Positions 13,652-25,007 of a stretch of DNA of 64,000 nt are shown here, piece by piece (positions within the stretch are counted from its first letter, which is position 1; each line of letters starts with the position of its first letter). The stretch is from Selaginella moellendorffii (Eukaryota; Plantae; Lycopodiophyta), in contig NW_003314367.1 of the NCBI RefSeq assembly GCF_000143415.4, positions 186,001 to 250,000 of the forward strand. The letters run 5' to 3'. The notes under the pieces are model-generated. The model did not search any database and was not told where the DNA came from. It saw nothing but the letters and a program-made list of their open reading frames with translations. The translations under genes and the position numbers were made by a program.

Positions 13652-13969
13652 TGGATCTTGCAACTGGGAATGAATCAATTGAAGCAGAAGCAGACATTGT
13701 CGGTGAAGTTAATTAGTAATTAACAAAATGTTTGCAATGAACATTAAGTAAAACCTATTCTATGAAAATAGTCAACTCTATGTTTTGTTACATTCCACTG
13801 AGGAATGCTGTCACAAAGAGTGGCGGTCAAGCTATGTTTCCTCGAGTGCAGTTTGCCGAGCGTATGGGGAATTCTAATCGGTACATAATATTCTTTTCCA
13901 TACAAAGAATATTCTGGTGCGTATTGTGTCAAGTTTAAGGATTTTATAAAAAAATAATTATTATTTTGT

Positions 13970-13973
<4 letters not shown>

Positions 13974-14036
<63 letters not shown>
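13974..14036. repeat. (TA)n microsatellite
   Basis: Perfect TA run. Confidence 0.99.
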
Positions 14037-14037
<1 letters not shown>

Positions 14038-14149
14038 CTAAATATAAACTATAATATAAACATAACTCTTCTCAATTTGTTTCATGAAGACTTGTTTCCA
14101 CCAGTCAGTGCCTCATCGTCAATGAATGCATTGTTATACAGTGACGTGA

Positions 14150-16537
14150 GCGAATTTGTCTCTCGTAAACTTTGAACTCTTCAACTATTTTCGCTGCTAT
14201 CTGGTAACAAACAATAGTATACCATGGGAACTGGAAAGCTTCTGGCTCGTCAAGGAGTGTAGCATGTGTTCAGGATGTCCTTGTTCTTTGCAACCTTGGA
14301 GTAGGGGGAACCGAAAATACACATGTCAACGATGCTTTCCTGAAAAAACGAACATTAAAAAGTACCAATTTCGAAAGTACCTTTCCAGGAGTCCTGGCAC
14401 ATCAGCGATTTGTGTTGGCCGCTACTTAACTCAACACAGAGTTTGTTTTACCTCTTAGAGCCTCTGCTCTCGAGTCCTAGTCCCGCCACATCAGCGTGTC
14501 CTGCCATATCAGCGAGTCCCACCACGTTAGCGAGTCCTGCCACATCAACGATTTTAGCTGGTCGCCACTTAACTCAGAATAACCTTTCTAAAAATACGGT
14601 ATCCCCAGGCCGGCAAATCCACCACGTAGCCAGCTCTGTCTAGTATCCCGAAAGCAGGGTTCACCAAGTTCTTCAGTAAAGCATCCGAGAACTCCGTATA
14701 CTGATCAACCAGCAACGCATCTAGTAGGCAAATCGATGATGAGAAGATCAACAGCTCCCTGGACACATTTCGGTAGAGACTTTGCACAAAAAAGTGAACA
14801 GTTCAACTTGACCTGTGACTGACAATCCAATCCTTCAGTCCTGGCGGAAAAGGTCTCCCAGCTTTGAAGTACTACTGGACTGCAAGGTTTCCTGAATCTG
14901 CATGACTGATTTCCAAACTCCCGTTTCCGTTCTATGGCATCGGCATCCTCAACATATCACCTTCTTCCGATCTGGTGACGGGGCTGAAGAAAAAGCCTGG
15001 CCCTTGCTGCCCTTGGTGGCCGATCTTGCTGACTTGATATCCATCTTCACCTGGAGCTTCCTCACAGCACTCTCGTTCTTCCACAATAGCTCTCACCGAT
15101 AATCCTTGTGTATCTTGTAGCTGGCCATCTCCCATTCCGGACAGCCACTGGGAAGGAAACCCAGCCAGAAAGGACAGTACTACACTTCAAAATCGCTAAT
15201 GTCACACATGAGCCTGCTCCACATGTTGCGACATCCATCTACTCTTCGAAATTTTCAGGGAGTGCATCATTTTTCCATTTGAAAAACCATAAATAGATAA
15301 ATATAAATAAAGAAACCAATTAAAGACTTGCCTGAATGTCATTCTTTTCGAACTCAAATAACTGAGAATGTAAAATTGTTGCACTTAACTCCTTGTTCTC
15401 ACGCATGCTCTGGTACATATCTAGCTCGTGCATCTTCATATACCAGGCCATAAACTCGTATACTGCTTGCCTGTTCGACCTGCAAATGCCATTCCCATTA
15501 GCTTTTTTCACAACTTGCTAAGGAGGTCTAAGACCTCCCAACCAAGAGTTCCTTTGCATTTGGTACTTCTTCACCCACCGAGGTCGCTCCTATGAAGATA
15601 GATAACAATTAAGTAATATATCAACGAAGCAAAAGAGGACTTCATCCACCTCTATGCTAAGTCCCATTACTCTTTCAATGGCAACAAATTTCATTTTGTC
15701 ATATTTAAACTTTTATTACACAAGTTCCAATAAACCAGATAGAAACCAGATACCAGGCAGAATAGACTCAGCTTAATTCGCATTGCAAGGTTTCCTTTGT
15801 TCCTTTGGCACTAAGTGGTTAGTAGTGTCAGCGCTCTCCACTCTCAATAGGGTACTAAAACAACTGGTACTCCACCCGCCACGTTCGCCCATTATGTCAA
15901 CCGACATTGCCAAAAGACATACCATCTTGTTTCACTCGACCCTCTCCAAGTGAAATTACACTCTTTGATGAAAACCACCTAATAGAGTTTCATTTGCCTT
16001 CAGTGACTTGCATATTCACTAGCGTTCGGTTAGTTATTTCCCCCACAAGCCACTAATCCTAGATAATCAAAAAACTTCGACAACCAGAAATCCACATCTC
16101 TCACAGGGACAAGTTCTATCCAAACATGAGGTGGTTTCACTCCACCAAGCCTTTCGGTTATGCCTGCATTTCAACACTTCCACAATCTAATAACTTCAGT
16201 TCCATATCTGAGCATTGTGGAGCTCATACACTAAAGGTTATCTGGTTCACCCAGAGCCTTTACAAGCCTACCAATAACCAAGAATTTCCAAAACCACATT
16301 ACAGGTTTTCAAGCTCTTCAAACTCTCTCTATCGGTAAACTAGTTCTCCAGAGTTTCAGTTAGGTTCTCTAGTTAGCCAGGAAGAAAAACTCTTCCTACA
16401 GATTAGCATTCGTTTAGCTTACAACAACTTGCAGCCAGCAAGGAATCTGGATCTTCCAACATGTTTTGAGTTGGTTCATCTGTTTGAAAATAAACTAAAG
16501 AAAAGTAAAACAGTCAACTAGTCTCTCTGATACCAAA
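14150..16537 (-). repeat. Unclassified ~2.4-kb repeat (copy 1) with tRNA-Met PBS-like end and degenerate ORFs
   Basis: Three copies (here, 27904-30265, inverted 39517-41878). Minus strand reads ..GTGACA-TT-TGGTATCAGAG at 16525-16543. Confidence 0.75.
14480..14552. repeat. 18-bp tandem repeat x4 (gtcc(c/t)gccacatcagcga-like)
   Basis: Visible units; also at ~28235-28325 and ~41505-41595. Minus strand encodes DVAGLA-like hexapeptides. Confidence 0.8.
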
Positions 16538-16690
16538 TGTCACGTGGACCCATTTTTGGTACCACGTGTTGCGGCTGCCCTCTCAAGCAGCCTCGACCCA
16601 CGTTCTGACTTGAACTTTCGAGCTCAGATTATTAACCGCGCGGATGTAACGGGCGACTTTAGGTTTAACACATTTTAGGGTTTGGCGGCT

Positions 16691-17773
16691 ATGGGGAGCT
16701 GAAGAAATCACACAACGACGACGAGGGTTTCTTTGATAGGCACAAAGAGATGACTGATCTGCTCACACAGATTGAGGGAGGCCTCAACCGCATCGCTGTA
16801 GTGATAGGCCCCAACAATTCAGGCAAGTCCGCTCTGCTCAAGCAGCTCAGGAAGATGTGGGATGCCAGCCCTCTTCTGAGCTGGAGCCCTCTTCTGCAGG
16901 AGGAGCCCTCTTCTCATGCTCCTCCTGGGAGCAGGAGAGCTCCCAGGAGCTCTCTTGAGAGCTCCTGGGAGAAAGAGCTCCTGGGAGCTCTCTCTCCCCC
17001 AAGAGAGAGAGAGAGAGAGAGTGAGAGAGAGCGAAAGAGAGTGAGCTAAAGGGTAGTTGCCACTAATCTCACATGCTCTTTGTTCTAACTACGAATCAGG
17101 AGTTGTGACATTTGTTGTTATGTGTTTGGCGACGAGGTTTGACAGGAATGCATTGGTGTTCTTTTCACCAAAATGCGAACGCCATGAAAAAAACGTTCAA
17201 CAGTGGAAGTCAATTGATGTGGGGCGCTTTGGTGAAAATAATGCCAAAGCATTCCTGTCAAGCTTCGTCACCAAACGCATAATAGTAAATGCCACAGCTC
17301 CCGACTCGTGGTCAGAGCAGAGGGTGTATGAAATTTGTGGCAGCTGCCCTTTGACATTTGAGAACTGTGTGATTGATGTGTTCAGGCAAGAAAGCAACAT
17401 GGAGGTGGTTCTTGAAGACATGGTGGTGGCAAAGCTGCCCATGATTCTCCTAGGACTGGAGCATGGTCATGGCTGGGAAGAGGCTAACTTCAGGGAGGTG
17501 ATGAAGCTCATTGTGGCGCATGGTGTAGTTGGGCTGTCGAAGATTTGCCACCGTATCTTCAAGTCAGACATCTCAGAGTGCTGGCGGCAGATCGAAGCAA
17601 TGCTCTCCTTCAATGTGATACATGTTCATGCGAGGGGACTGGTTTGTGATGATCTTTGAGACTTTGACAGGGGGCCTGCCATGAACTATGATTTCGTCAT
17701 GGCAAGGTCGCCTACCCACCATGTGGCTATGAAAATGTTTTGTGATGGTGTGTTTGACAAACCGGACAAATAG
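16691..17773 (+). pseudogene. STAND/ATPase_2-type ATPase copy 1, disrupted by a frameshift, low-complexity filler and an inverted duplication
   Basis: Walker A GPNNSGKS retained. Walker B region replaced by filler 16876-17047 and an inverted arm 17048-17176. Premature TGA at 17657-17659. Confidence 0.9.
17048..17352. repeat. Fold-back inverted repeat (arms ~128 bp, loop ~48 nt) derived from ATPase coding sequence
   Basis: 17048-17176 is the imperfect reverse complement of 17225-17352 (aaagggtagttgccac.. vs ..gtggcagctgcccttt). Confidence 0.9.
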
Positions 17774-18228
17774 AAACTGATCATTATCCTTAATATTGAT
17801 TAATATAGAAATGTGAATATCATATTAGTCCCTCATCAAAGCAACAAAGACAAACTTTTGCAAGCGATTTCAACTTTTGCATTTCCGTCACACAGCCTTG
17901 AGTTCCTTCTTGAAAGTCCGCAAGTTTGAGGAGTGAAATCAAAACAGCCAACTCCATTCGGAAATAAACTGTTACAGAGAATCCTTGAAAAGCGCAGAAA
18001 TATCACATGTTCCTTTACCATACAAAGCAATTGAACCCATTGGCAGCTCCAAAGGGTCTCATCCACCTACAAGAAAGTACCAATTAGACACTGCCAGGCC
18101 ACGTTCATGTCTATGTTCTTGCCCGGAAAAAGACTTACTATCAGAAGCTAACGACATTTATTTCCGAAGATCCGAATCAGAAAAAAAATTCCTGAGAAAA
18201 AAAAAGAACAGTTCATCGTTTCTATGAA

Positions 18229-18697
18229 TCACTGAACCAGCAGCAGCGCCACTTTGCGCTTTGGACACGACCTGATCAAGCCATCCAAACCCTGATCCAG
18301 TATTTTAAAAGCCGCACAAAATCTAGATCTGACAAATGCTTACCTGATAAAGGGATGTGGAACAGTCGACCATGACTTGGTTGTGGGCTGCTATAACATC
18401 CTCCTTCACTGCATCGTGAAGTGCCTGAAGGTCCTTCTTGATTGCAGCACACATAGCCGCAACATTCACTGCCCCAGCCAGGGAACCAAAGTCCTCCTTC
18501 AAGGCACCATGGATCTCATGCACATCCTCCCTCACTGCCACACGAATGCCAGAGGCCATCACCTGGAGATTCTCAGTCACGACTCCCATGCTTGCACGCA
18601 TGGCAGATGCCAACACCAGCACACAAGCTGTGGTCACGATGCATAGCACACTGATCGCAATGGTGTTAACAAGCACCATGGCAATCAAAAACTCCAT
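18229..18697 (-). CDS. Small TM + 11-residue-repeat coiled-coil protein (family E, subtype 1), 2 exons, open
   Basis: MEFLIAMVLVNTIAISVLCIVTTACVLVLA..REDVHEIHGAL-KEDFGSL..KKDLQALHDAV-KEDV; 52-nt GT-AG intron 18292-18343; exon 2 GLDGLIRSCPKRKVALLLVQ*. Confidence 0.6.
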
Positions 18698-19110
18698 CGC
18701 CAGGCTTTGCAGCAATGAAATCAAGCTTTGATCAGGGTTTGCAGCAGCTATGCAAAACGCAAATGACGCTTACCAGAATTTCGAGCCACCCGCCCTATCT
18801 TCACAAGAACCCTAAGCTAGCGGTCCCTTTTGAAATAAAGGCGATGTTACGTAACTGGCGTGGGCCGCCCTTCGTACACTGCTCTGGCGGGAACTCGAGT
18901 TCCTTGTCAGTGGTACGCGGCCTCGATGACAAGAGGAGGAGGAAGAGGAGAAGAATGGCGCCCCATCTCCTCGGCTTCCTTCTTCCTCATGGTTTTCCAG
19001 GTATGAGAGTGATCCTCGGAATAATCTCGTGTTTGACAATGTAGATGGATGTGTAAGGAAAATGTTTCTATTCTTCGTTAACTAAGACCTCGAGAATTTT
19101 TTTACAAAGC

Positions 19111-22100
19111 TCACATTTGCAGTGCCTCAGAGAAGCGTTCTCTCAGCCGCTCCACCTTGAGCACCGACGAATGCTGTTTCCCAAAATATGTCCGGAAGTT
19201 GTCGATCAGTATCCTAAGATCGTGTGACACCGCCATCACGCTACGATAATAGTTGTTCTCCATCACGTCCATGGAGATTGGTAGCGCAATCCTGCATTGT
19301 TTGAAAACCTTTAGCTTCTTTCTCAATCGCAAGAGATTTTTCCAACTTGCCTGTCAAGAAAATCCGGCTTGCTCACGGCCTGCTGCAACCTCCACAAGCC
19401 ATACTCGTCCTGTGAAAAGCAAAAGCTCGTCAACCCAAGACCAAAACCGAAACATTCCTCGAGTCTATGATCGATCGCACAAAAACAAACCTTGGATTGG
19501 TTCGAGTGGAGCACCTGAGCAGCTCACGCACCTTGTCCTGCTCGATCTGTGGCGACTCCCAAGTTAAAGGATTCTCAACGTCGTGAAGCTCCCAGGGGCA
19601 GTGGTTCGTCGTCGATGGCTCGTCCTTGTACAGCACACTGATGCTGTCCCAGGGGCTGTTTGGAAACTCGGGCGACTTTCCCTTCACCTGAGTTATCGTC
19701 CCTTCCCACCAGCGACCACCTTCTTCCTCGTCCGACCTCCACCACACTTGGCACTTGTCCCGACTGGACCAGTTCCTGGCCATGAAGGCCTCGTAGCGGC
19801 TTCTCTCCACTATAAAGTCGGCGAAGTCTGTCAGCTCCGGCAAGTCGACGCTGAAGCTGCTGCCGCGAATCCTGTGCCCGTCCATGAACTCGAGAGTCAG
19901 CCGGCAAGAAGTGTTCCCCAACACTTCGAGAATGATGTACTCCAGTCCGGTGATCTCGCAGAACTCGACCGCTTGCAGTTCCCTTTTCACGCTTCTCCAG
20001 GGACCATCGTCGTCGAGCCGCTTGTTGTCTAAGTAGTCTTGATGTCCCTGCGATCGACAGTTTCAATTCAAACATAATTCAAGACAAGCTCGTTGGATCT
20101 CTTACCTGTCGGAAGTACACCACCTCATCACCATACTGTGGGATGTAGCGTGTCCGCTCCACCTCTGTCAATTGTAACCAGGACACGTTGCTCGGACTCC
20201 GATGCACCGTGCTGAGGTTTCTCCTCACGTGGAAATCCTTGTACCTCGACCCAACGTTCTTCTGCAGCTTCACTTTCAGTCTGCTCGAAGTTCTTCTTTC
20301 GGGCTTTCGGCGTCCATCGTCGTCGCTGCTTCTATCCCAGTCCGAGTCGTCGTAAGACGAGCTAGCTTCCCAGTGTGAGGGACGGCCGACGTTTCTCCTC
20401 CTTCTTGTGGACCTGCTGTTGGAGAGACTAACCACGCGAACCCTGCGCCAGCCGTGTACTTCTCCTGCGGCCACCTGAAGCGTGCTCGTCGGCCTCATAA
20501 CACTCGGTCTTAGTCGCAACTTTGCGAGGCCTTCTCCTTGAGTAGACGGCCTTGTTCATATTGCGCTTCATTTGTATATCGTCCACGTCCTGCCTGCTCT
20601 TCCTCGGGCTTGTAAGCATCCTCCAGCGACTCACTGTTACTGCCTGGTGAAACCTCTTCGTGGTAATCAGGGTCATTGTCAGCATCTGGAGCTTCTCCAT
20701 TCTGTAAGGACTCATTGCTCATAGAGTGTGATTCTGCTCTCGTCTCTGCTGTTCGTCAAGGTAGTCAGCTGAAAGAGACCTCTCCGACTCGGACTCGCTA
20801 ATGATCGCCCTTGCCACCACCTTTGTGTCTCCATTTTCTACACGAGTCGCTTCAAGGCCTTTCTTGGTATCACAAGGAACGTCTACCAGTTTATCCTCTT
20901 CGGAGCTGCTGCTGCTGCTGTGATAAGGCATGCGAGCACGCTTGGCTGCTTTCCCCTTCTTCCATATGTATCCCTGTTTGTCGTCAGACGAAACAGCTTC
21001 AGTGGGATTCTCGTCCGCGATAAAACCATCTGTTTCTGGATGCTCATGATTTGGCCTTCCGGTGTACTCGTCCGCCCACATTCTTGCGTCCCAAACCTGT
21101 TCCAACAATTGTTAGAAATATAAAAAGTCCACTTTAAATGCTTACTCTGGCAAGCTTGTCCGAACTCCCAGTGACTAAGTATGAGCCATCTGCATTAAAC
21201 GCACAGCACTGAATCTGATTTGTAGCCTGTGCTCGATTCTCAGCTCCTGCTGCTGGAAACAAGCTTTTAGAAGACCAAAAAAACATCGGCAGACTCTTTA
21301 CATTCGGGCTCGACATCCGGCTTCGGCATGTAGACACGTGAATTGACAGAGGTTCCGTCTTCAGGTCGGGGACTAAACTTGATGGCCGTTACGTGGTCAC
21401 GAAGTGTTGCAACCGGAACACCATCTGGTAATCCCCACTAAAGGCAGAAGCAAAACGAATCAAAACAAAAAACAGGAGGAATCGTTAGAAGCTGATGCAA
21501 CTAAAGTGTTCGAACTACTTACAGACAAATCGGCTATCTCCCACAAAAAAGCCAGGTTTTTAAGCACAGTGATCGAAACCAAGGTTCTTGCATAGTCCAA
21601 ACCTCCGCAGCTATGAAGGCGAAGCCTATTTCTACTGCGATGCATTGCAAATTCACCACCAAGTTCGAGAGCATGAACGTGGTCAGCTTGCCAATGCATT
21701 TGTTCTATTCGCTTCATAGAGATACTTGTAGCATTTCTTTGCTCCGCTGCCAGGAGTTTGCTCGGATCAGCAACGGCAAGATTCGAAAAGACAAGGCTTA
21801 CATTCCAAAAGCGAGAATGCTCCTGATCCCGAAAGAGTAGGAACGTCCGCGGCAGTTAACTGCTTGGACACTTTCGCATCACGCGAACACGCAGTTGCTG
21901 CAAGAGCTTGTTGTCAACGTTCTTACACCTGCAAATCATCTTCTTGTCAACATGGAAAACCAATAAAGGACTTCGCGACACACAGTACCTCCGCAACTTG
22001 CACGTCGCGGAGTGGGAACGACAAACATCGTCATTTTCATCAGCGGTGGGCGTCCCATTCCTGGAGAAAAATTCATGGTACCTCCGGGGCAAGAACTTGT

Positions 22101-22215
22101 GCTGTAGGAACTCGTTCCAGAGCTGGCCAGTGGCTCTCTCGCAAGGGCCGCGACTCAGGAAATGCATGATAAAGAAATGGAGATCACCTCGATCTCCTCG
22201 TTCAGCTCTCCAGGT
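19111..22215 (-). pseudogene. WD40-bromodomain (PHIP/BRWD-like) pseudogene copy with large internal deletions
   Basis: MHFLSRGPCERATGQLWNE, CCAFNADGSYLVTGSSDKLARV, RYIPQYGDEVVYFRQ, DFIVERSRY..WSSRDKCQVWW..SPW, bromodomain ENNYYRSVMAVSHD; frameshifts. Confidence 0.9.
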
Positions 22216-22502
22216 TTCAGGTCCAAGCTTTGATTGAATCGTGTTCCGTTATCATACAAAGCAATTGAAGTGTACCCAGTGAAATCCGGGTCTGCTGAAT
22301 AAATAGTTACACTGATCCACCTACAAGAAAGTACTATTAGACACTGCCAAGCCACGTCCATGTCTATGTTCTTGCCCGAAAATGACTTACTATCAGAAGC
22401 TCAAGACATGAGTCATTTTATTTCGAGGAAACGAAGATCCGAATCAGAAGATTTTTCCCTGTCGAAAAACAAAACAGTTTTGTCGAACTTCCTATGAATC
22501 AA

Positions 22503-22937
22503 CTACCGATCACTGAACATGGTCAGCAGCAGCAGCGCCACTTCTGTGCGGTTTGCACACCACTGGATGATCAAGCAAATAATTTCAAGATTCGCACAAG
22601 CCAGAACTTCACAAATGCTTACCGGATTAGCTTGGCCCTTGGCTGCCTCAGCTCGCAGAGCATCTCGCAGCATCCTCAGTTCCTCCCTCAAGGCACCAAA
22701 ATCCTGTATCACCTGCCTCAGGCTGGGAAGGTCCGCCTTGAGAACTCCACGGAGAGCCTGCAGATCCTCCTTGAGAGCTCCACGGAGAGCCTGTAGATCC
22801 TCCTTCGCTGCTCCCCTGGTTGAAGAAGCCATGGTGATGACGCTCTTGGTGAGGAGGTTGATGATGAGCATGGTTGCAATGCAAGTTGCCGCAATGACAA
22901 CACAAGCACCCGCGACCGCCACAATCACAACATCCAT
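22503..22937 (-). CDS. Small TM + 11-residue-repeat protein (family E, subtype 2)
   Basis: MDVVIVAVAGACVVIAATCIATMLIINLL..KEDLQALRGAL-KEDLQALRGVL-KADLPSL; exon 1 is open and ends at a conserved GTAAGC donor ~22622. Confidence 0.6.
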   Translation of the reverse strand: MDVVIVAVAGACVVIAATCIATMLIINLLTKSVITMASSTRGAAKEDLQALRGALKEDLQALRGVLKADLPSLRQVIQDFGALREELRMLRDALRAEAAKGQANPVSICEVLACANLEIICLIIQWCANRTEVALLLLTMFSDR

Positions 22938-23069
22938 GGAAGCTGCGGAGACGACGAACCCTAGATTTTACATGGAGGGAAAACTTGCTCACACTAACCC
23001 TGGCTATGGCGGACAATTTTCTTAAAAATTGTTTAAAGAATCGCGTTTTTTTGTTTATTTGAGTTTTTT

Positions 23070-24600
23070 AAAGACGAGCAGCAAAGAGTCTGAGCTCCAC
23101 GAGATTGGGACAAGGAATCCAAACCCGTCCTCGGTCGCTCTGCGGCAAAAGGGCCTGACAAAGAACGAACGCTTTCACGCTTGCGATGGACAGGTTGCGC
23201 AGCGAGCTTCCAGCGGCCGTGACGAAGTCCGCCAGTACCTCGTCACTGAGAAGAAAACAAAGCTTGTGTAAGTAACAGATGAGAAGAAAGGCAGTAAAGA
23301 TTCACCTGAGGTCCTAGTGCTGTAAGGTGACGTCTGTAAGCTCCAAGCCTTCGAAGTGCAAAGCTTTTCAGAGTCGAACCGCAAGCTGCAACAGCCGCCA
23401 CCGTAACGCTGCACAAAAAACATCCCGCGGATCTCAGTAAGAAGCCAAAGCAGCACAGACGGTTGGTTACCTGCAATGCGACTGAGCTCCTCTAGTTTCG
23501 GCCCCATGGCCACCATGAGCTCGCTCGGTAATTCGTCGGTTCACGCTCGCGAGAGAAAGGGACGTCAGCTCGGGCAGCCCTGCTCCGAAATTTGCTGCAA
23601 TCCGGGAGCAAGATCTCCGAGAGAGGTCCTGCCAGGATTTTCTGCGCTGCTTGGTACAATCTCGTATAGCTTGGACGTAATACAGTGATCCTTGGCAGCT
23701 CTCTTCGCTGCAAATGGTAAAATCTATCAACACTTTCCTTCAAGAGCTGCGCTACACTGACTGACTTACTGTTGGAGCTCCACAGGAAAGCAGCCACATA
23801 AAACACGAAGGAGGAACAGCTGTGATATCTTGGATTCACAGTGAGTTTCTTTCTTCTCTATTCCTTTATTTGGCCTCTCCAAGCCCTGCAAAGTGGAGAA
23901 AGCGTTGCGTCCGTGGAGCAAAAACTAAAACCCAGCAGTGGTCAACCCTCGACTTGAAAACGAGAACCTCTGGCTCAGCTTCGAGAGCAAGAGCTCCGAT
24001 CCGATCACTGCACCCGTGATTTTTTACGTAGAATCGCCACTTTTCCAAAGAGGTACCTTTAATTCCTTTATTTGTTTGGCTCCGAGGGAGTATCATGGGA
24101 GCTCTAGAAAGAATGGTATAAAAAGATCCTCCCAACTCGGGACAAAAGGTGTGCTCGTGAATGATCTCGTAGTCACTATATAGTCTGCAAGTCAATGCTG
24201 AAGCTGCTGCCGCGAATCCTGTACACGTCCATAAACTCGAGAGTGAGCCGGCCCGACACTTCGAGAATGTACTCCAGTTCGGTGATCTCGCAGAACGCTC
24301 GGAGTTCTCACCCTTCCATCGTCGTCAAGCTAGTGTTGATGTCCCTGCGATCAGTTTCAATTCAAACATAATTCAAGGCAAGCTCGTTGGATCTCTTACC
24401 CCAGCAGCAGCGCCACTTACCCACTTTGCACACAAGCCATCCAGACCCTGATCAAGTAATTTAAAATCCGCACAAAATCAAAATTTAACAAATGCTTACA
24501 TGATAGAGGGATGTCCATAACTTGGTTGTGGGTATGTCCTCTGTCAGTGTGCCATGAAGTGCCTGGAGGTCCTGCTTGATTGCAGCATGAATTGTGGAAG
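23070..24600 (-). pseudogene. Mosaic of RAD7-like, 8.4-9.2 kb region, BRWD and family-E fragments
   Basis: Nucleotide similarity to 5740-6950, 8420-9260, 19860-20110 and 18240-18450. Confidence 0.8.
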
Positions 24601-24745
24601 TCATGACTGCAGTATATGTAAGATTATAAATTTAAATTTTAACAACAAACAAACTCAAATCTTTGTGATTGATGGATGAATGACACCTGAAGAAAACGCT
24701 AACATAACCATTAGCATATAGCTATTACTCTCTAGTGTTTCTGTG

Positions 24746-24810
24746 ATGAATGAATGAATGAATGATAGGAAATGAATGAATGAATGGATTGAACGAATGA
24801 ATGAATGATA
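24746..24810. repeat. Imperfect (GAAT)n microsatellite
   Basis: gatgaatgaatgaatgaatga...; inverted shorter copy ~58146-58168. Confidence 0.8.
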
Positions 24811-25007
24811 GGAAAACTTGTTAACAAATATTTTATTTTCAATAAGATTCCAAAATAATATATTTAAGATTTTGTAATCCTAGTTTTAATGTCATTTGTC
24901 CTGAAAATCTGAGAGGACTTATCTTGATCAACTCATGTCGTCCGGGAAATTAAGTTTGAAAATTTCCCACTATAGTTCTCACTGAAATGTTGAAACCCTA
25001 TTTCAAA

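Noticed and set aside
14395-14580. CRISPR-like repeat array
   Set aside because: Contiguous degenerate 18-mers without unique spacers, eukaryotic context, no cas genes.
16525-16535. Endogenous caulimovirus call based on TGGTATCAGAG
   Set aside because: No movement protein, capsid or RT motifs recognisable; kept only as an unclassified repeat.
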